Source: Paragordius varius (lineage: Eukaryota; Animalia; Nematomorpha). Taken from it: a stretch of 64,000 nucleotides of DNA. The position numbers were made by a program, and so were the translations under genes. The number at the start of each line of letters is the position of its first letter. Positions within the stretch are counted from its first letter, which is position 1. The DNA lies in contig OZ176051.1 of NCBI GenBank assembly GCA_964247055.1, positions 9,734,001-9,798,000 on the forward strand. Direction: 5' to 3'. Positions 56,424-64,000 of the stretch are shown one piece after another. The notes below the pieces were generated by a model. The model did no database searches, was not told the DNA's origin, and saw only the letters and a program-made list of their open reading frames with translations.

Positions 56424-57583
56424 CACTTCGATTCAAATTGGGGTATCTAAATACCCCAGACTAAATTTAAATTAATATTTTTAAAAAATTGCTAAAGGAA
56501 ACGGTCCCAATTTAAATTTATGCTTCTATCTTGATAAAAATTTTATAAATATGCCAAAATATATAGATGAAATTTTGTTTTTTTTAAAAAAAGTTCCATC
56601 TCAAACAATTTCGACGCCATTTTTGATTTACGAAATTTTTGCAAAATATCGTCTTTTAACACTTCGATTCAAATTGGGGTATCTAAATACCCCAGACATA
56701 ATTTAAATCAAAATTTTAGAAAAACTACTGAAGGAAACGGTCCTGATTTAAATTTATGCCTCTATCCTAATAAATATTATATAAATATACCAAAATATTT
56801 TGATAAAATTTTGTTTTGAAAAAAAAGTTCCATCTCAAACTACTGCGACGCCATTTTTATTTTACAAAAATTTTGCAAAATATCGTCTTCATTTAATTTT
56901 AAGGGTAAAACTAAAGCTTATTTTTAATATAAATTACATCAAACATTGATAGAAATAGAAAAAGCGGTTTATTTTGTATTATTTTTTAATTTTACAATTT
57001 GACACATGTCACGTTGACTAAATTTTTACCTTTCATTTTTGCTCAAAATAAGTATTATCAAGTATTTTTGAATAAAATTTTTTATATATTTCGGTGTATT
57101 AATATTATATAAGTGCAAAATTTTGCCATGGTTTCGATTGCTTCCATACTTTTTAAAGTATTTGATTTTAAACAGGCCTGGGGTATCCAAATACCCCAAT
57201 TTGAATCGAAGGACTGAAATGAGTGTGTTGTATCCAAGTGTTAATTATAAGGGTAAAACTAAAGCTAAAATTTTATATAAATTACATCTATCATTGATAG
57301 AAATAGAAAAAGCAGTTTATTTTGTATTATTTTTTAATTTTACAATTTGACACATGTCACGTTGACGAAATTTTTACCTTTCGGTTTTAGCTGAAATATA
57401 GTAATATCAAAAAATTTTGAATAAAAAATTTTATATGTTTCGGATTAATGTTATATAAGTGCAACATTTTGCCATGGTTTTTCCTTCCATACTTTTGAAA
57501 GTATTTGATTTTAAACAGGCCTGCGGTATCCAACTACCCCAATTTGAATCGAAGGACTAAAATGAGTGTGTTGTATCCAAGTG
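56424..57583. mobile_element. TTAA-type MITE, outer copy, interrupted by a same-orientation copy
   Basis: TTAA|CACTTCGATTC ... GTATCCAAGTG|TTAA; the halves join at an internal TTAA. Confidence 0.85.
56660..57240. mobile_element. TTAA-type MITE, inner copy
   Basis: TTAA at 56656-56659 and 57241-57244; both termini complete. Confidence 0.88.
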
Positions 57584-57663
57584 TTAAAGGGACTTTTATG
57601 CAGTGAAAAAAAGTAAGTGTATTTTTGCCATAAGTTTAACTATTTTCCGCACTCCCCCCTTCA

Positions 57664-60600
57664 ATGCCTTCGGAAGCGAAAAAGAAAAAAGATGCAAAAA
57701 AGAAAGAAGCCGCAAAACAACGTTCTGCTGGAGCAAAAAAACCCAATACTACTGCCGCAAATGAAATCCCCGCTACACAAAACGGAACGTCAGAAATATT
57801 AAATGGGATTGAAACATTAGATATAAATTCAGTTTCTCCTCGAAGTGTTACGGGAGTTTTAGCTTCCCATCCAAAAGGCAGAGATATTAAAATTACCAGC
57901 TTATCTATTACATATTATGGAAATGAATTGTTAACCGATTCAACGCTTGAACTCAATTATGGCAACCGATATGGGTTTATTGGTAAAAATGGATCAGGTA
58001 TGTAATTTTTTTCCTATATAAATATTTTAATAATCACATATTATGTTATAAATAGGTAAGACAACACTCTTGAATGCCATTTCATCTCGGGAATTACCTA
58101 TTCCAGATCACATTGATATATATCAATTAAGCAATGAGATGGCCGGTAGCGATAAAACAGCCATTCAATGCGTATTGGAAGTTGATGCAGAGCGATTAAA
58201 ATTAGAAGAGGAAACTGAGTTATTGGCCCATGATGATACCCCAGGTTTTTATATTATTAAAAGTTTAGAAGTTATTTTCTTTGACAATGATTTTTTAAAA
58301 AATTATGATTTTATATAATATTTAGCTCAATTTTTCTTAGAAATATAATGAATAAAATATTTTTTTCTACTTATTTTATCAAAAATTTTAGGGACTAAAA
58401 TTGAAGTGATAATGGCATTTTTGTACTTTTGGGAATTCAAATTTGACATTTCACTAGATACTTTAATAATTAATTTAGAAATTATAATATATTTGTTATT
58501 TCTCATAAACTTTTTTTGATAAATATTTGTTGTACATGATACTATATATTATATTGCAGAAAGTCATCAACGCCTATTGGACATATATGAACGATTGGAA
58601 GAACTTGATAGTTCAAAAGCAGAAACGTATGCCGCCGGTATGTTACACGGGTTAGGTTTCACAAAAGAAATGCAGCAAAGAGAAGCCAAACATTTTTCAG
58701 GTTTATTTTTTGATTAATTTTTTCAAAATTTATTATAACTTTAATTACCATATTGGTTAAATTTATGGGTTTTTCCATTACTTTTAAACGTATTATATTG
58801 AATCTTGTGTGGCCTTTTTTCTTTTACTCCCAAAAATGTGAGTAAAAATGGTGCGCTTTTTTTCGAGCTAATATGCTTTATGGTTTTATATATCCTGTAT
58901 ATTCGGCTTGGTTTTATTAATAATGTGTAAAAGATATATAATTCTTGGGGAAAGTTTAGTTTTTCTTTGATTTTTATTGGTAAAATATCTATTTGTAAGT
59001 AATGTAGCGATTGTACCATATCCAAATAACTTTTAACAACTCTGTAGTAGGCGTATATTCGAGTTTTATATTGCTTTTATGTTAGGTGGTTGGAGAATGC
59101 GGATATCGCTGGCACGTGCCCTTTACCTTAAACCGACACTCCTTTTGTTGGATGAGCCTACCAATCATTTGGATCTTGAGGCTTGTGTTTGGTTAGAAGA
59201 GGAATTGAAAAAGTTTGTTTATATATTTTTCCCATTTATAATATTTCTTTGAGATTAAGTAAATCTAAGAATAAATTTTTAAAGTGTGATACAGTCATGT
59301 ATCCTTCATTTTTCAAAAATTTATTTTTTTCGGTAAATGGGTATAAATATTTGGTAAAGAATGGAAACAAGAGCTTTATGGTATTAACAATGTCATATTT
59401 ATTAAAAATATAAAAATTACCATAGAGCTCTTGTTTTTTCCATTCTTTACCAAATATTTATATCCACCCATTTAATGAAAAAAATATAAATTTTGAATAA
59501 AATAAACGGTACATGACTGTATGTATTTTTAAAAAATGACATAATTAATTTTCAATAACCAAAGTTATGTAAATTAATTGAATTATTTCTGGACAACTAA
59601 ATTTCGAATTCACTATATAATATAATTTTGACCCATGTTCGGGTAAGTATTACTTGCGTCCTTATGCTTAAATCCTTATGCCTACGTCCTTATGCTTACA
59701 CTTTTGAATAAAAATAATACATTCATCATAAGTTTGCTCCTAGTAGACTTATTAAAATTTCAAAGTGGCCTAACTTTAAAAATATTGTGAATTTCTGAAT
59801 TCTGTAAATTGGAGGAGAAAAAGTAAGGTATATTTAACAAATAATTTATAGGTTTGAGTAATGTTGCTTCAATCTTTTGGCATTAAAAGGGGTTTACACA
59901 ACCCCTGTTAAAAAAATAGAAAAATCCTAAAACATGCATACAAAATCAAAAGTTTTTTAGAAGAAATAGGTATGCATTTTATCCAACTATATTTTTAGAT
60001 TTTTTTGAGTTATCAAAATTGAAATATTTGCATACTCTGTGAAATAAAAAAATTACCCAGTTTTTGAATTCTTTAAATTGGAGATTAGAAAATAGTATAT
60101 ATAACAAATTATAGTTTTTAGAAATTGGAATAACCTCATATGCATCTTAGTGAACTAAGCTTCTTTAAAAAATATATTTGGAACACACATTCAAAATTTT
60201 TTAGAAGATATGCAATTGATTTAACTAATATTTATTTATTTGTTGTCAGAGCAATGCGTTAGTTTGTATATAAGCGTAATATTTATGATGCATTCCTTAA
60301 ATGTCCGCCAATTTTCACCCTTCATTTTGAAAACGCCATTTTTTATTACATCCTGATTTATATCCAAACATGCAAAACGAGGCCCGTGATTTGTTAATAA
60401 ACGTTTTAAAAAAGTAAAAAGAATTTATATTTCATAGATACCCTATATTGTATTCAAAAAGAAAACAAATCCAATTCGAGTTAAAGAAGATTGGGAGAAG
60501 CTTTATTTAGAAGTGAAAAAGGAATTGGATTATGACATAACATTAAACCAAATTATAAAAATTTTTAATAATATCAAGTACACTTTAAAGAAGAAGATTC

Positions 60601-63375
60601 AAAATTCTCCCAAAACTGGAAATCTTAATAGTTTGAAGCTCTTAGTTTATGAAAAAAATTATATTTGCTCCTAGAATATTCTTCTAGGAGCGAAATTAAA
60701 GGAGTACCGACACAATGTAACAATTTTGATATGATTGGTGTTTTTGTATTTTATTTAGTATCCATAAGATTCATTATGTGATTCCTCCTTATTTTTCCAG
60801 CCTCGCGTTCTTGTGCCGTTGTAAACGAATAATAATCAGGAAAAGCATCCAAATTATAAGGAGTTTCATCAACTTCCAAAAAATCATTACGGGCCTTCCC
60901 TATATTATAACTCCACATGAAAGAATTATGTTTGGTACATTGTCGGTGCTTAATTTAATTCGATTTCCTAAAATGGGAAATCGATAATTTTTTTTCATAA
61001 ATTAAGAGCTTCAAACTATAAAGATTTCCAGTTTTGGGAGAATTTTGAATCTTCTTTTTTAAAGTGTACTTGATATTATTAAACATTTTTATAATTTGGT
61101 TTAATGTTATGTCATAATCCAATTCCTTTTTCACTTCTAAATAAAGCTTCTCCCAATCTTCTTTAACTCGAATTGGCTTTATTTTCTTTTTTGAATACAA
61201 TATAGGGTATCTATGAAATATAAACTCTTCAAACTTTTTTAAAACGTTTATTAACAAATCACGGGCTCTCTCGTTTTGCATATTTCGATGTAAATCAGGA
61301 TGTAATAAAAAATGGCGTTTTCAAAATGAAGGGTGAAAATTGGCGGACATTTAAGAAATGCATTATAAATATTACGCTTATATACAAACCATCGCATTGC
61401 TCTGACAGCAAATAAATCTAAAGTATTAGTTAAATCAATTGCATACCTTCTAAAAAATTTTGAAGTGTGTTCCAAATATATTTTTTGAAGAAGCTTAGTT
61501 CACTAAGATGCGTATGAGGTTATTCCAATTTCTAAAAACTATAAATAATTTGTTATATATACATCATTTTCTAATCTCCAATTTAAAGTATTCAGGGTAG
61601 TTTTTTTATTTCACAAAGTATGCAACTCAAAAAAATCTAAAAAATATAGTTGGATAAAATGCATACCTATTTCTTCTAAAAAACTTTTGATTTTGCATGC
61701 ATGTTTTAGGATTTTTCTATTTTTTAACAGGGGTTGTGTAAACCATTCTAATGCCAAAAGATTGAAGCAACATTACTCAAACCTATAAATTATTTGTTAA
61801 ATATACTTTACTTTCTCTCCTCCAAGTTACAGAATTCAAAAATTCACAATATTTATAAAGTTAGGCCACTTTGAAATTTTAATAAATCTACTAGGAGCAG
61901 ACTTATGATGAATGTATTATTTTTATTCAAAAATGTAAGCATAAGGATTTAAGCATAAGGACGCATGTAATACTTACCCGAACATGGGTCTTTTTTTTAA
62001 AAAAGTATTTTACTAATTTTTATTACCCAATTACTCCTTTAAATTGTTTTCGGTTAAAATCAATTTTTATAGAGAAGAGATAATATATCTCTTGTATAAC
62101 TTAATTGTTTAACCAAATATAAATCAAATTTGTGCCGATTATCAAATTGTTTAGAATTTTATTTAAGAGCTAATTTATAGATGGTTACAGATATATTATA
62201 CCGTATATATAATTTATTATTTTTCAAATATGACGGCGATCTTGACACATAATTTTTATCTATTGTAAATAAATATGAAAAAAAATATTTTAAAATTATT
62301 TTAAATTTTTGTTGTTAGATATAAACGTATCCTAGTCATCATTTCTCACTCCCAAGATTTCCTAAATAATGTTTGCACGCATACCATTCACCTTGATAAG
62401 AAAAAACTAAAATTATACGGGGTATGAATTTTATTTTATACGATACGATTTTTTTGGAAACTTTTAATAAATACACTTATATAAATCATTTTAAGAGGAC
62501 ATTTTTTTATAATAATTAAATTTTTTTTAAGGGTAATTATGATACTTTTATACGGACACGAGATGAATTGTTGGAAAATCAAGCTAAACGTTACAATTGG
62601 GAACAGGCTCAAATATCACATATGAAGGTTTTTACAATGTGCAATTTTATAAAACTTCTTTAGAAATATTTTATTTTTGTAATTTACTTAATTTGCAAAA
62701 AAAAAGTTTAAATTGACCTATATTATTACACTGTTTTTAAAAATATTCAAAAATATTTATATTTTTTTTATCTGATATAAAATAATTTTTATATGAAAAG
62801 TTATTTTTAAATAAAAGATCATCAAATTTCAAACAATTATAACATTTTATTAATATATATAGTATAAACTTAATACTTTTAAAACAATTAATATCTTTCA
62901 TTTTATAGTTGCATTCGGTGATTATTGACTGATTATGATTATAATTGACTGCATTTTTAATCTGTAATAACGGTTTTAATTCTAAACGTTTGAAATGTTC
63001 CATTAATTATTTTTAGTCAATTCATAAATATTAAGAAATAAAATATTTTGTAATTTAGGAATATATAGCAAGGTTTGGACATGGGAGTGCCAAGCTTGCT
63101 AGACAGGCCCAAAGTAAAGAAAAAACGCTCAATAAAATGGTTCAAGGTGGTTTAACGGAAAAAGTTACATCAGACAAGGTATTTTTATAAATTATTTTTA
63201 TAAATTTTCTAATTTTATATATATATATATATTACGTTAGAATTTGAGTTTCTATTTCCCAAGTTGTGAAAAATTGCCTCCACCCGTTCTTCAAATTCAA
63301 AATGTTAGTTTCCGTTATTCGCCAGACAAAGTAAATTTTACATGATAATTAAACTTTTAAAACTGATTTCTGAAG

Positions 63376-63416
<41 letters not shown>

Positions 63417-63811
63417 TATAGAACTAAGCTAGCATAGAAATTTAAGGGTTTACAGTTAAAATTATGATTATAAAAAGAAGACATAAAGGAACAAATACAT
63501 AAAATTTATATTTTTTTGATACCCTATTGTTTTGGGTTGTTTAACATGGAATAGAGTTTTAAATTTTTGGTAACTCACTGAATTTACAATACTACAACCG
63601 TAATCACATTGGTTATAAAACGGAAAAAAATCAAGGATTTAAAATATTAAACATATTTTTTTGTTTGGTATCTTTTAATATTTTAACCTTTTTAACTTAG
63701 GAATGGATTTACAAAAATTTGGAGTTGGGCATGGATATGGATACTCGGATTGCTCTTGTTGGTCCAAATGGTGCCGGGAAGAGTACTTTTTTGAAGCTTT
63801 TGAGCGGCGAT
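57664..63811 (+). CDS. ABCF2: ABC-F family translation-associated ATPase ABCF2, 3'-partial; exons 57664-57997, 58056-58244, 58560-58700, 59086-59212, 62319-62421, 62532-62627, 63059-63178, 63241-63330, 63701-63811
   Basis: [19 protein letters not shown]-terminus; Walker A GKNGSGKTT; [15 protein letters not shown]; [12 protein letters not shown]; ISHSQDFL; [17 protein letters not shown]; second Walker [10 protein letters not shown]. Confidence 0.95.
59292..59519. mobile_element. Palindromic Tc1/mariner-type MITE in an ABCF2 intron
   Basis: TA|CAGTCATGTA ... TACATGACTG|TA with near-complete internal symmetry. Confidence 0.8.
59630..61990. mobile_element. PIF/Harbinger-derived foldback element with ~1-kb inverted arms, in ABCF2 intron 4
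   Basis: 59630-~60663 is an inverted copy of ~60985-61990 (GACCCATGTTCGGG ends, T-rich flanks). Each arm carries a Myb/SANT-like ORF. The spacer holds a minus-strand [23 protein letters not shown]...GKIRRNHI remnant. Confidence 0.8.
60955..61281 (-). CDS. Myb/SANT(MADF)-like DNA-binding ORF of the Harbinger-derived element; open in the right arm, stop at 60415 in the left-arm copy
   Basis: LLINVLKKF...[11 protein letters not shown]...[20 protein letters not shown] fits the Myb/SANT-like pattern. The C-terminal residues run out of frame over the arm junction. Confidence 0.55.
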   Translation of the reverse strand: MQNERARDLLINVLKKFEEFIFHRYPILYSKKKIKPIRVKEDWEKLYLEVKKELDYDITLNQIIKMFNNIKYTLKKKIQNSPKTGNLYSLKLLIYEKKLSISHFRKSN

Positions 63812-64000
63812 GTAATATTAAATATTTTATTAAACAATAAATTTTTTATAAGATTAGAATTGGAATCATTTTTCAAACTATTACAAAAAAAATGTTTTCT
63901 AAATTTATCTATTTTAACACTTTTTTTGTATTTCGGAGAAATGGTGATGATGTAATTGTTAATATTATTATAATTATTTACAATTTTATTATAGAAAATG

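Overview
Very AT-rich, intron-containing eukaryotic (metazoan-like) genomic DNA. Most entries in the supplied ORF track are spurious or are single exons running into introns. I spliced genes by eye using GT-AG sites. Recognisable housekeeping genes: RNA polymerase III subunit RPC9/CRCP (8800-9251 +), a head-to-head mitochondrial chaperonin pair HSPE1 (16048-16541 -) / HSPD1 (16704-21632 +), and ABCF2 (57664 to past the window end, +). The most unusual element is an orphan gene at 24927-39229 (+) with about 24-27 exons. Every intron I can place is phase 1, and every internal exon is a multiple of 3 nt (6-186 nt). It encodes signal peptide - beta-rich/FN3-like ectodomain - RIKR site - acidic microexon-built stalk - Gly-rich hydrophobic helix - basic tail. 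It and a neighbouring FN3-like gene (about 42401-45953) appear to need 22-27 nt introns, while the coding introns of the housekeeping genes here are 58 nt or longer. The rest is a dense transposon landscape: an LTR-identical Mag-like Ty3/Gypsy nested in a 5'-inverted RTE LINE, a non-autonomous Helitron, foldback derivatives of hAT, Chapaev3-like and PIF/Harbinger elements, self-nested TTAA (piggyBac-like) MITEs just upstream of two housekeeping start codons, and several MITE families. All family assignments come from motifs recognised by eye; no searches were run.
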